From Octopus vulgaris (taxonomy: Eukaryota): 64,000 nt of DNA. Below the pieces are notes generated by a model. The model made no database searches. It saw nothing but the letters and a program-made list of their open reading frames with translations, and was not told where the DNA came from. Where the stretch lies: assembly GCA_951406725.2 (NCBI GenBank), contig OX597833.1:51584001-51648000 (forward strand), given 5' to 3'. Made by a program: the position numbers and the translations under genes. This document shows positions 27,401 through 39,839 of the stretch, one piece after another. The stretch's first letter is position 1; each line of letters opens with the position of its first letter.

Positions 27401-27650
27401 GGAATAATGAAAGCAACGAATAAAAAGGTATAATAAAGGAAGGAGTGCAAAAAGGACATGATGAAGACGTATACAGCCACACGAGAACCCGAGAGTACTA
27501 AACTGGCAGCGCAAGACCAAACTTTGGTCATGAACTGGCGGGTCAACCTTAAGAATGAGCAAGTGTCTCCGTTGTGCCGCATCTGCAATAGAGAGGATGA
27601 AACCATTGCTCATATCACGAACGAATGCCTTAGACTTGTCCAAAACCACA
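27401..27650 (+). pseudogene. Second R4/Dong-like CCHC fragment
   Basis: ESTKLAAQDQTL...SPLCRICNREDETIAHITNEC. Confidence 0.8.
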
Positions 27651-30600
27651 ACTTGTGGCAAACTCTGGCAAACTCCGGCAAACTCCGCCATTCTCACTCT
27701 ATCTCCGCCTTTCACCGCCAATGTCACTCTATCTCCGCCTATTTCATTCTATCTATGCCTATCTCACTCTATCCCCGCCTATCTCACTCTATTTCCGCCT
27801 ATCTTTCTCACTCTCTCCCAGGTGTTTTAACACCGACATTATTGGGAAATTTACCAAAATGCTATTCCGTCTATATCCGACAATCTCCGGATATCTCCGC
27901 CAATCTCCGCCTATCTCCACCTATCTCACTCTATCTCCGCCTATCTCACTCTATCTTCGCCTATCTCCGCCAATCTCCGCCTATCTCACTCTATCTCCGC
28001 CTACTGCACTCTATCTCTTCCTATCTCACTCTATCTCCGCCTATCCCACTCTATCTCACTCACTCCCAAGTGTTTTAACACCCAGCATTATTGGGAAATC
28101 TCCCAAAATGCTATTCCGCGAATCTCCGAATATCTCCGGCTATATCCGGCTATCTCCGACAATCTCCAGCAATCTCCTGCAATCTCCGGCGATCTCCGGC
28201 AAACTTCGGCGATCTCCGGCAATTTCTGGCAATCTCCGTTAATTTTCGGTAATTTCCGGCAATCTCTGGTAATTTCCGGTAATCTCCGTAAATTTCCGAC
28301 AATCTCCGGTAATTTTCGGAGATAGCCGGCGATTACCGTAGATTGCCAGAGATTATCGGAGATTGCCGGAGATAGCGGAGATTGGCGGAATCGCATTTTG
28401 GTAGATTTCCCAATAATGCTGGGTGTTAAAATACCTGGGAGAGAGTGAGATAGGCGGAGATAGAGTGAGATAGGCGGATATAGGTGGAGATAGGTGGAGA
28501 TATAGGCGGAAATAAAGTGAAAGGCGGAGATTGGCGGAGATTGGCGAAGATTGGCGTAGATGGGCGGAGATTGGCGGAAATTTGCGGAGATAGGTGGAGA
28601 TTGGCGGAGGTTGGCGAAGATTGGTGGAGATTCCCAGAGATTGACGGAGTTTGCCGGAGATTGCCGCAGATTGGCGTAGATGGGCGGAGATTGGCGGAAA
28701 TTTGCGGAGATAGGTGGAGATTGGCGGAGATACGTGGAGATACGCGGAAGTATGTAGAGTAACGCGGAGATATGCGGAGATATGTGAACATAGGCAGAAA
28801 AAACATTTTGGGAGATTTCCCAATAATGCTGGGTGTTATTACAACTGAGCGAGAGTGAGATAGTCGGAGATTGGCAAAGATTGGTGGTGATAGGCGGAAT
28901 AGCATTTTGGGAGATTTTCCATTAATTTCGGGTGTTAAAACACCTGGGAGAGAGTGAGATAGAGTGAGATTGGCACAGATTGGTGTAGATGGGCGGAGAT
29001 TGCCGGAGATTGCCGGAGTTTGCCGTAGATTGCCGGAGATTGCCAGAGTTTGCCGTAGATTGCCGGAGATTGCCAGATTCTTCCGGAGTCTGACGGAGTT
29101 TGCCGGAGATTGCCGGAGGTAGATGGAGATTGCCGTAGATAGGCGGAGTTAGCTGGAGTTAGCCGGAGATTGGCGGAGTAGCATTTTGGGAGATTTACCT
29201 GTGAGAGAGTGAGATTAATTGAGATAGGCGGAGATTGGCGTAGAAGGGCAGAGGTCGGCGGAGATAGGCGGAGATAGGCGGTGATAGGCGGAGATTGGCG
29301 GAGATACGCGGAGATAGGTGGAATAGCATTTTGGGAGATTTCCCAATAATGCTGGGTGTTAAAACACCTGGGAGAAAAATGAGATAGGCTGAGATAGAGT
29401 GAGATTGGCGGAGATTGGAGGAGATAGGCGGAGATAGGCAGAGATAGAGTGAGATAGGCAGATATAGAGTGACATAGGCGTAGATCGGCGGAGAGAGAGT
29501 AAAATTGGCGGATATAGAGAGAAATAGGTAGAGATATAGTGAGATAGGCGGTGATAGAGTGAGACAGGCGGAGATAGAGTGAGATTGGCAGAGTTTGCAA
29601 GATTTTGGCCCAGTTTTCCGGAGTCTGTCGGAGTTTGCCGGAGTTTGCCGGAGTTTGACGGAGATTGTCGGAGTTTGCCGGTGATTGCCGGAGGTTGCCG
29701 GAGTTTTCTGGAGTTTGTTGGGGATTACCGTTGACCACCAGAGATTACCGGAGGTAACTGGAGATTTCCGGAGATTGCCGGAGGTAGCCGGAGATATCCG
29801 GAGATTGCCGGAGAGAACGGAGATTTGCAGAATCGCATTTTGTGAGATTTCAGATTAATGCTATGTGTTAAAACAGCTGGGAGAGAGTGAGATAGAGTGA
29901 GATTAGCGTAGAGAGAGTTAGATAGGCGGATATAGAGTGAGATAGGCGGAGATAGAATGAGATAGGTGGAGATAGGCAGATATAGAGTGAGATAGGCGTA
30001 GATCGGCGGAGAGAGAGTGAGATTGGCGGAGATAGAGTAAGATAGGCGGAGATAGAGTGAGATTGGCAGAGTTTGCAGGAGTTTGCCGGATTTCGGCGGA
30101 GTTTTCCGGAGATTGCCGGAGTTTGCCGCTGAATGCCGAAGTTTGTCGGAGTTTTCTGGAGTTTGCCGACGAATGCCGGAGATTACCGGAGATAAGTGGA
30201 GATTGCCGGAGGTAGCCAGAGATTGCCGGAGATTGCTGGATATTGCCAGATTTTGCCGGAGAGAACGTAGATTGTCGGAATCGCAGTTTGGGAGATTTCA
30301 GAAGAAGTGAGATAGAGTGAGATATGCGGAGGTAGCGTGAGATAGGCGGATATAGAGTAAGATTGGCGGAGATAAGCGGAGATAGAGTGAGTTTGGCGGA
30401 GATTGGTGGAGATCGAGTGAGGTAGCTGGCGGAAGAGTGAGATAGGTGGAAACAGAGTGAGATTGGCGTTGATTGGCAGAGATAGGCGGAGATTGATGGA
30501 GATAAGCGGAATAGCATTTTGGGAGATTTCCCAAAAATGCTGGGTGTTAAAACACCTGGGAGAGAGTGCCATAGAGTGAGATAGGCGTAGATAGAGTGAG

Positions 30601-31834
30601 ATTGGCGTAGCTTGGCGTAGATGCGCGGAGATTGGCGGAGATTTGTGGAGATAGGCGGAGATGCGTTGAGATATGCAGAGATAGTCGGAATAGCATTTTG
30701 GGAGATTTCCCCATAATGCTGAGTGTTAAAACACCTGGGAGAGAGTGAGATAGGCGGAGATAGAGTGAGATAGTCGAAGATTGGCGGAGATTGGTGGTGA
30801 TAGGCGGAATAGCATTTTGGGAGATTTTTCCATTAATTTCGGGTGTTAAAACACCTGGGAGAGAGTGAGATAGAGTGAGATTGGCAGAGATTGGTGTAGA
30901 TGGGCGGAGATTGCCGGAGATTGCCGGAGTTTGCCGTAGATTGCCGGAGATTGCCAGATTCTTCCGGAGTCTGACGGAGTTTGCCGGAGGTTGCCGGAGG
31001 TAGATGGAGATTGCCGTAGATAGGCGGAGTTAGCTGGAGTTAGCCGGAGATTGGAAAGAGTAGGATTTTGGGAGATTTACCAATAATGCTGGGTGTCAAA
31101 ACACCTGTGAGGGAGTGAGATTAATTGAGAAAGGCGGAGAAACATTGAGATAGGCGGAGATAGAGTGAGATAGGTGGAGATAGAATGGGATTGGAGTTTA
31201 GTGGAGTTTGTCGGAGATTGGCGGAGTTTGCCGGAGATTGCCAGAGTTTCCTGGAGTTTCCCGGAGGCACCGGAGATTGCCGCAGTTTGCCGGAGATTGC
31301 CGGAGATTACTAGAGATAGCCGGAGATAGCCAGAGGGAACAGGAAATTGGCGGAATAGAATTTTGGGAAACTTCTCAATAATGCTGGGTGTTAAAACACC
31401 TGCAAGAGAGTGAGATAGAGTGAGATAGGCGGAGATAGGCGGAGATAGAGTGAGATAGGCGGAGATTGCCGGAGTTTGCCGGAGATTGCCGGAGTTTGCC
31501 GCAGATTGCCGGAGACTGGCGGTGTTTGCCGGAAATTACCGGAGATTGCTGGAGATTACCGGAGATCACCGCAGTTTGCCGGAGATTGTCGGAGATTGCC
31601 TGAGATAGCCGTAGGCAGCCGGAGATTGACGGAATAACATTTTGGGAGATTTCCCAATGATGCTGGGTATTAAAACACCTGGAAGAGAGTGAGATACAGT
31701 GAGATAGTCGGAGATAGACTGATATCGGTGGACATAGATTGAGATAGGCTGAGTTAAAGTGAGATTGGTGGAAAATTTTCAAAAAATTTTTCAAAAATAT
31801 TTTGGAAATATTTTCAAAAATAATTGAGGAAAAT

Positions 31835-32090
31835 TTAGGGTTAAGTTTAGGGTTAGGGTTAGGGTTAGGGTTAGGGTTAGAGTTCGGGCTAGGGTTAGGG
31901 TTAGAGTTAGGGTTAGGGTTAAGGTTAGGGTTAGGGTTAGGTTTAGGGTTTAGGGTTAGGGTTACGGTTACGGTTACGGTTAGGGTTAGGTTTAGGGTTA
32001 CGGTTAGTGTTAGGGTTAGAGTTAGGGTTAGGGATAGAATTAGGGTTAGGGTTAATGTTAGGTTTAGCGTTAGGGTTAGGTTTAGGGTTA
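31835..32090 (+). repeat. Degenerate interstitial telomeric repeat (TTAGGG)n
   Basis: Read directly from the sequence. Confidence 0.95.
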
Positions 32091-32401
32091 TGGAGATTTT
32101 CGGCAATCACCGGCAATTTCCGGTAATTTCCGTAATTTCCGCCATTTTCCGGCAATTTACGTTAATTTCCGGTGTTTTCCTGTAATTTCCGGCAATTTCG
32201 GGTGATTTCCGGTAATCTCCGGCAATTTCCGATAATTTACGATCATCTTCAGCAATTTCCGTCAATCTCCGGAAATTACCGGAGATTTCCGGAAATTACC
32301 GGAAATCACCGGAGATTACCGAAAATTACCGGAATGTCCGGATATTTTCGGAAATCACCGGAGATTGCCGGAAATTACCGAAAATTTCCGGAAATCTCCG
32401 T

Positions 32402-33120
32402 AAACCCTGACCCTAACCATAACCCTAAGCCTAACCGTAACCGTAACTCTAACCCTAACCTTAACCCTAACCCTAACCCTAACTCTAACCCTAAACTTAA
32501 CCCTAACACTAACCCTAACCCTAACCCTAACCCTAACCCTAACCCTAATTCTAACCCTAACCCCAAACCCTAACCCTAACCCTAACCCTAACCCTAACCC
32601 TAACCCTAACCCTAATTCTAACCCTAACCCTAACCTAAATCCAAACCCTAATTCTAACCCTAAACCTAACCCTAACCCAAACCCTAACCCTAATTCTAAC
32701 CCTAACGCTAACCCTAACCCTAACACTAACCCTACCTCTAACCCTAACCCTAACCCAAACCCCAACCCTAACCCTAACCCAAAACCCAACCCTAACCCAA
32801 ACACTAATCCCAACTTTAACCCTAACCCTAACACAAAAACTAATCCCAACCCTAACCGTAACCCTTACCCTAACCCTAATTCTAACCCTAACCCTAACTC
32901 TAACCCCAATTCTAACCCTAACCCTAAACCTAATCCGAACCCTAACCCTAACCATAACCCTAACCCTACCCCTAAACTAACCCTTATTCTAACCCTAACC
33001 TTAACCCAAACCCTTACCCTAACCCTTACCCTACCTCTAAACCTAACCCTAATCCTAACCCTAAACCTAACCCGAACCTAACCCTAATCGCTAACCCTAA
33101 CACCAACCCTAACCCTAACT
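32402..33120 (-). repeat. Degenerate interstitial telomeric repeat (CCCTAA)n
   Basis: Read directly from the sequence. Confidence 0.95.
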
Positions 33121-33554
33121 CTATCTCTGCCTATCTCCGCCCCTCTCAATCTATCTCCGCCTATCTCTATCTCCGTTTATCTCCACCAATCTCCGCCTAT
33201 CTCCGCCAATCTCTGCCACTCTCCGGCAATCTCTGCGAACATCACTCTATCTCCGCCTACCTGCCTCTCCCCCAGGTGTTTTAACACCCAGCATTATTGG
33301 GAAATCTCCCAAAATGCTATTCCGCCTAACTCCACCTATCTCCGCCAATCTCCGCCTATTACGAAATTATGCCAACAATGTCTCATTTTAAACTTGAAGA
33401 ATAAAAGACTCGCCTATTTGTTCTTACCTGTTTCATGTGTGTATGTAAAATCCGTAAAGTTTCAAGAAGAAAGCAGAAGAAAACAATTGCTTCCACGGAA
33501 ATACCCGAAATGAAGAGTTTTGATTTTGTCGAGTTACATCGAAACAATGCCATC

Positions 33555-33825
33555 GAGCACTTATATGTCCAGCTCAGTAACAAGTTGTTACCGTCCGACT
33601 ATATGGAGAGCAGAATAGATAACATTACCGACAGTGACAAACTAAGAATCTGTGGTGAGATGTGCGAAGCGTAAAGAATATCGTCAGTGAATGCCCGAAA
33701 TTGGCGCAATGCGATTACAAATGATACCAAGACTTTGTGGCGAGAATGATGCATTGAGAGCTGTGTGGTAAGCACGGCCTACAATGTGCCAAGGTTTGTG
33801 TATGAGCAAACTCCAGGAGTATAGA
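33555..33825 (+). pseudogene. Third R4/Dong-like CCHC fragment
   Basis: ALICPAQ*Q...[51 protein letters not shown], with frameshifts. Confidence 0.75.
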
Positions 33826-33845
33826 TATATGTATGTATATATGTA

Positions 33846-33909
<64 letters not shown>

Positions 33910-34249
33910 CATATATATATACATATATCTATACTCCTGGAGTTTGCTCATACACAAACCTTGGCACATTAATTTGGTTGGGACAAGCTATTATCGTTAA
34001 AGATATAAAAATAGCTTTTATGATGTTTATTAATATTATAAAATTTTTTTAAATAAATGACTTATTGCTATGTATTTGTTTTTCACTTGGTTTCCAACAC
34101 TGCGGCAATGTGGTATGAGAAAGAAAGGGCTGCGCAGAAAGAGGTGGAATAGAAAAGGATAAATATATATGTAATTTTTACATCATATGCATACAAACAT
34201 AAATATGCTTGTATGATTGTGTATACAAACATAAAGAACCAATTTGTGA

Positions 34250-34321
<72 letters not shown>

Positions 34322-34607
34322 GTATTTATATATATATGTATATATATATATAAAGTTAATCCAAACAAGAAAGCACAAAAAAACACAACAACGCGAGGAC
34401 GTGGAACAAATATAGTATTATTGGACGCTCAGGAAAGAAGGAAAGAAGGGTGGTTTAACGTTTCGAGTGGAGCTCTTTGTCGGAAACATAGGAGAAGGAA
34501 AGATCCAGAGAAGGGAAGACAGAGGAAAAAAATCGCCAACGGTACACACGAGGTCACATTTTGTATATATGTATATATATATATGTATATATATATTTAT
34601 ATATATA

Positions 34608-34654
<47 letters not shown>

Positions 34655-34936
34655 TCACAAATTGGTTCTTTATGTTTGTATACACAATCATACAAGCATA
34701 TTTATGTTTGTATGCATATGATGTAAAAATTACATATATATTTATCCTTTTCTATTCCACCTCTTTCTGCGCAGCCCTTTCTTTCTCATACCACATTGCC
34801 GCAGTGTTGGAAACCAAGTGAAAAACAAATACACAGCAATAAGTCACTTATTTAAAAAAAATTTATAATATTAATAAACATCATAAAGCTATTTTTATAT
34901 CTTTAACGATAATAGCTTGTCCCAATCAAATTAATT
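33783..34936. repeat. Two abutting inverted repeats (33783-33970; 33968-~34258 versus ~34645-34936)
   Basis: Arms are near-perfect reverse complements and both structures are centred on (TA)n. Confidence 0.92.
34453..34487 (-). ncRNA. Degenerate minimal hammerhead in a Penelope-like fragment (~34352-34563)
   Basis: GTTT-CCGACAA-A-GAGCTCCACTC-GAAA-CGTT-AAAC: the stem I/II/III layout is intact but the core is mutated. Confidence 0.5.
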
Positions 34937-35209
34937 TACCTAATATTGATCGTCTTCAAGTTGGAATTCAATTTTCTGAATTCTTGGGTGTAGTCAAACG
35001 GAGGCCTGACATCACAGTAATTCCTATTGCATTATCCGGCCTTACTGGGTCTATCATCACCAAACACTTTCATCTGGAGCAGTGAGTAAGGAGATACAAA
35101 GTGTCCTAAATAATGAACAATAAATTTACTGTTTCTATTGCTCTTTATTTTGCCTTTAAATGTATTTTGTACGGTGAAAGTTTAGCAAAAGCAACCACCA
35201 ATCATAGAC

Positions 35210-35311
<102 letters not shown>

Positions 35312-35324
35312 GGATAGATAGATT

Positions 35325-35395
<71 letters not shown>

Positions 35396-35437
35396 GAATA
35401 GATAGATAGATAAATAGATAGACACACAAATAGATAT

Positions 35438-35476
<39 letters not shown>

Positions 35477-35974
35477 TAGATAGATGAATAGATAGATAGA
35501 TAGATAGATTGATAGATAGATGGATATATACTTACATATATACATAGAAATATACATGCATGCGGTGGTGCCCGCGTGTGTGTGCGCATGCGCGCATACA
35601 CGTATGCGTGCTTGTGCGTGAAATGGCTTCTATGAGTGTGTGTGTCTGTGTCGGAATGACATGTTGTTAACTAAAAAGACACGTGTTGGTAGTTAATGCC
35701 AAATAAATGGGGAAATATATTGCTGGTGTGTCTTGAGAGTTTTATGAAGATGTCAAAATCTAAATCCAGGATTAAGGGATTGTGTCGTCCTCCTGTATAC
35801 ACAATTACCCTTTATATTTCTCTCTTTCACTCTGTCTCTCCCTCTCCCTCTCCCCCCTCTCTCTCTCTCTCTCTCAGCCTGTCACCAGTTTGTTTTTTTC
35901 CTCACCTTCTAATCCCTCTCTTCCTTATACACTGGTTTTCAATTGTAACTTAACTCATTTTCGTATATTTTCTA

Positions 35975-36418
35975 CTAGCAGTATCACCCGGCGTTGCTCG
36001 GGTTTGTAAGGGAAATAACTATATAAGCATTTTTAGAGATGTAAAGTATAATAGCCATCTCAATATGGCTAACCACAAAGGTGGGGGGGGTGTTACTGTA
36101 GCTTTTTACGTTCTGGATTTAATAATACATTTTTAGAGAGTTACTTCCCTTATATAAACCGAGCGAAAATGCATTAAAAATACGGAAAAATTATGGTAAA
36201 TTTTTTTTTAAATCGTAGACTCGTCGTAGACTCGTCGTAGACTCGTCGTAGACTCGTCGTAGACTCGTCGTAGACGCGCGCTAATACCCAGAAGGGCTCG
36301 ATATGAATCACGACTATAAGATACCCGGTTTTGGTTAAACTGCACCGCAAAATGTGGGAGTAGTTAGGAATCTAAATCGTAGGAGACAGACACACAACTT
36401 CACTTTTATATATAAAGA
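35975..36418 (-). mobile_element. Non-autonomous Helitron (same family as 10223-10735)
   Basis: A|TC...hairpin CCCGAGCAACGCCGGG...CTAG|T, with an internal 11-bp tandem repeat TCGTAGACTCG. Confidence 0.9.
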
Positions 36419-36451
36419 TTTCATTCCTTACTTTCACCATTCCTGCTTTTA

Positions 36452-36858
36452 TACTCTCTTTTTTACTCTTTTACTTGTTTCAGTCATTTGACTGCGGCCA
36501 TGCTGGAGCACCGCCTTTAGTCGAACAAATCGACCCCGGGACTTATTCTTTCGTAAGCCCAGTACTTATTCTATCGCTCTCTTTTGCCGAACCGCTAGTT
36601 GACGGCGACGTAAACACACCAGCATCGGTTGTCAAGCAATGCTTGGGGGACAAACACAGACACACAAACATACACACACACACATATATATATACATATA
36701 TACGACGGGCTTCTTTCAGTTTCCGTCTACCAAATCCACTCACAAGGCTTTGGTCGGCCCGAGGCTATAGTAGAAGACACTTTCCCAAGATGCCATGCAG
36801 TGGGACTGAACCCGGAACCATGTGGTTGGTAAGCAAGCTACTTACCACACAGCCACTC
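36452..36858 (-). mobile_element. SINE family A, near full length
   Basis: Matches family A. Confidence 0.9.
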
Positions 36859-37028
36859 ATGACCTTTTCTTTTATTCATCCTCTGTTTCCCCACTCCCAC
36901 TCTTTTATTCTTTCTTCCTTTCTTCCTTTCTTTCTTTCTTTCATTCTTTCTTTCTTTCTTTCCTTCTGTCTTTCTTTCACACTCACGCTGTTACTTCAAG
37001 TGAATCAAGTGAATAATGATTAACGAAT

Positions 37029-37222
37029 GGCGTAGGAGTAGCTGTGTGGTAAGTAGCTTGTTTACCAACGACATGGTTCCGGGTTCAGTCCCACTGCGTG
37101 GCACCTTGAGCAAGTGTCTTCTACTATAGCTTCGGGCCGACCAAAGCCTTGTGGGTTGATTTGGTAGGCGGAAACTGAAAGAAGGCCGTCGTATATATAT
37201 GTATATATATATATGTGTGCGC

Positions 37223-37261
<39 letters not shown>

Positions 37262-37475
37262 TGTGTTTGTGTTTATGTTTGTTTGTCCCAACATCGCTTG
37301 ATAACTGATGCTGGTGTGTTTACGTCCCCGTAACTTAGCGGTTCGGCAAAAGAGACCGATAGAATAAGTACTAGGCTTACGAATAAGCCCTGGGGTCGGT
37401 TTTTTTCGACTAAAGGCAGTGCTCCGGCATGGCCGCAGTCAAATGACTGAAACAAGTAAAAGAGTAAAAGAGTAA
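37029..37475 (+). mobile_element. SINE family A, full length
   Basis: Matches family A and is inverted relative to 36452-36858. Confidence 0.9.
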
Positions 37476-37704
37476 ATGACTGCTAGACTTCAGGCATAGG
37501 TACGTGACAGCCAACGCTTAGATTTATTTGAATGGTATTAAGTATAAACCGAAAAAGAGATTATTGATCGGTTTAGAGTCTGGAACGTTCTTCAATCTCT
37601 GACCTATTTTCGAGAACCCCAATCACGAAAAACATTTGAAGGTCATTTGCTCAGAACCTCAGTCCAAAGCATACTGTGTAAAGGTATCTTGGTTAACCCA
37701 CTAA

Positions 37705-37940
37705 AGGCAGCGAGCTGGCAGAAACGTTAGCACGCCGGGCGAAATGCGTAACCGTATTTCGTTTGCCGTTACGCTCTGAGTTCAAATTCCGCCGAGGTCG
37801 ACTTTGCCTTTCATCCTTTCGGGGTCGATTAAATAAGTACCAGTTACGCACTGGGGTCGATGTAGTCGACTTAACCCCTTTGTCTGTCCTTGTTTGCCCC
37901 CTCTATGTTTAGCCCCTTGTGGGCAGTAAAGAAATAAGAA
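37705..37940 (+). mobile_element. SINE family C, full length
   Basis: Matches family C. Confidence 0.9.
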
Positions 37941-38179
37941 ACTAATTACCTGGTTTTAAAACTCAATATACCTAGGCTTCAGATATAAGACTTAACTGAG
38001 TACAGAGCAGTAATAAGAAATGAAATAAATGTCAAGAGAACAAGAAATGATATAATGGAGCTATAAGGGGATATGCAAACACTCAGCCATGAGTACATTG
38101 CATCTAATTGCGGAAACAGCTGTAAGCTAATCAAGTTCATTACATGATGTCTTATTCCTTTGGCATTTATAGAATCTGT

Positions 38180-38532
38180 TGATGTTGGAGAAGACTTCTA
38201 CGGATTCCATGGACAGCGAGGCTAACCAATGGAGAAGTTCTTAAGCAGATCAGGCCGAAAATGTCGCTAGAAGCTGGGATCACCAAGCATAGATTGGCAT
38301 ATTTCGGTCATATTATGCGGAGAAAATCCCTGGAGAAGGACATCATGCTCGAAATGGTCAGTGGCAAGAGAGGAAGAGGCCGACCAAGAACCCGCTGGCT
38401 TGACACCATCAAGAAGGATACCGGAATGGACATAGCCAATCTGAAAGAAGCGGCCCAGGATAGAACTGACTGGAGGACACTGATCCAACGAGTGACCGAG
38501 AGTCGACTTCGACTGAGCGGATAGATAGATAG
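38180..38532 (+). mobile_element. RTE (BovB-like) LINE 3' end
   Basis: CWRRLLRIPWTAR.TN.EVL...RLAYFGHIMRRKSLEKDIMLEMVSGKRGRGRPRTRWLD...AQDRTDWR...SRLRL, followed by a short (GATA)n tail. Confidence 0.9.
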
Positions 38533-38803
38533 TTATAAAGGTGGTGCTCCAGTATTGCCGCAATCAAATGATTGAAACAAGTAAAAGAGTATATATATAT
38601 ATAATTCTTAAACAATAATGTTATTTACTGGCCCTTTGTCTTTCTTTTCCTTTTTTTTTTTGATAATATGGTCTAAATCTACTATGTATGAATCCAAAAG
38701 ATGGCATTGCTGGTCGAATCTTCGAAATTGTTTTTATTATAACTGAACATAGAAACAAACATATATACGTGTGTGTGTGTCGCTATATGCATGCAAATAT
38801 GTA

Positions 38804-38853
<50 letters not shown>

Positions 38854-38897
38854 TAAATAGCCGCGCGCACACACACATACATACTTACATACACAAT

Positions 38898-38934
<37 letters not shown>

Positions 38935-38936
<2 letters not shown>

Positions 38937-39254
38937 TTTAAATGAGGGTGAGAAATTAGATATTAATTCAATTAACATCGATTTCACACCAGTGGTCTAG
39001 CATATAAAAAAACTGAAGGTTCAGTAAAATTGTATTATATACATATTAGAGGGAAACCACTATGTGGACACCCTTATGCTAGAAATAGATCCGCTACGGT
39101 CTTACCACTAAGAAATGTTCTCAACAAAAATTTAACAAAACATTACAACATTTGGTTGTTTTGCTAAATTTTTCTTTGAGAACATTCCTTACTGGTAAGA
39201 CTGTAGCGGATCTATTTCTAGCATAAGGGTGTCCACATAATGGTATCCCTCTAG

Positions 39255-39257
<3 letters not shown>
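38935..39257. mobile_element. Fragment with a terminal inversion, related to 15988-16908, within (TA)n
   Basis: ~39045-39140 is inverted versus ~39158-39256. Confidence 0.65.
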
Positions 39258-39301
<44 letters not shown>

Positions 39302-39420
39302 CATATATATATATATATATCGTGATCACGTGACCGACCAGAACATCAGATGTTGTTAAACATCGCTGTTCACAATGCGTTCGCATTGCTTTTTAGCCTT
39401 CGAATGACACCACCCCGCTG

Positions 39421-39600
39421 AAAGAGTGGGAGAAAGAGTGGTGAAAGAGTACAGCAGGGATCACCAACCCCTGCTGGAGCCTCGTGGAGCTTTTAGGTGT
39501 TTTCGCTCAATAAACACTCTCAACGTCCGGCCTGGGAATCGAAACCGCGATCCTACGACCGCAAGTCCGCTGCCCTAACCACTGGGCCATTGCGTCTCCA
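39421..39600 (-). mobile_element. SINE family B, 5' part
   Basis: Matches the family B head. Confidence 0.85.
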
Positions 39601-39615
39601 CACACACATACACAC

Positions 39616-39839
<224 letters not shown>

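Larger units (their letters stand above)
27656..33360. repeat. Fold-back complex of 10-bp repeats (GGAGATTGCC / GGAGATAGGC / GAGATAGAGT), a recurring ~55-bp double-hairpin module and telomere-like tracts
   Basis: Orientation flips at ~28315 and again around the ~32270 axis. There are about 16 module copies, and ~28850-29200 is repeated at ~30765-31080. Confidence 0.9.

Noticed and set aside
27655-32955. 100-270-aa ORFs rich in SPPISAYLR or NPNP/LGLG
   Set aside because: They are products of the 10-bp and telomeric repeats and have no domain content.
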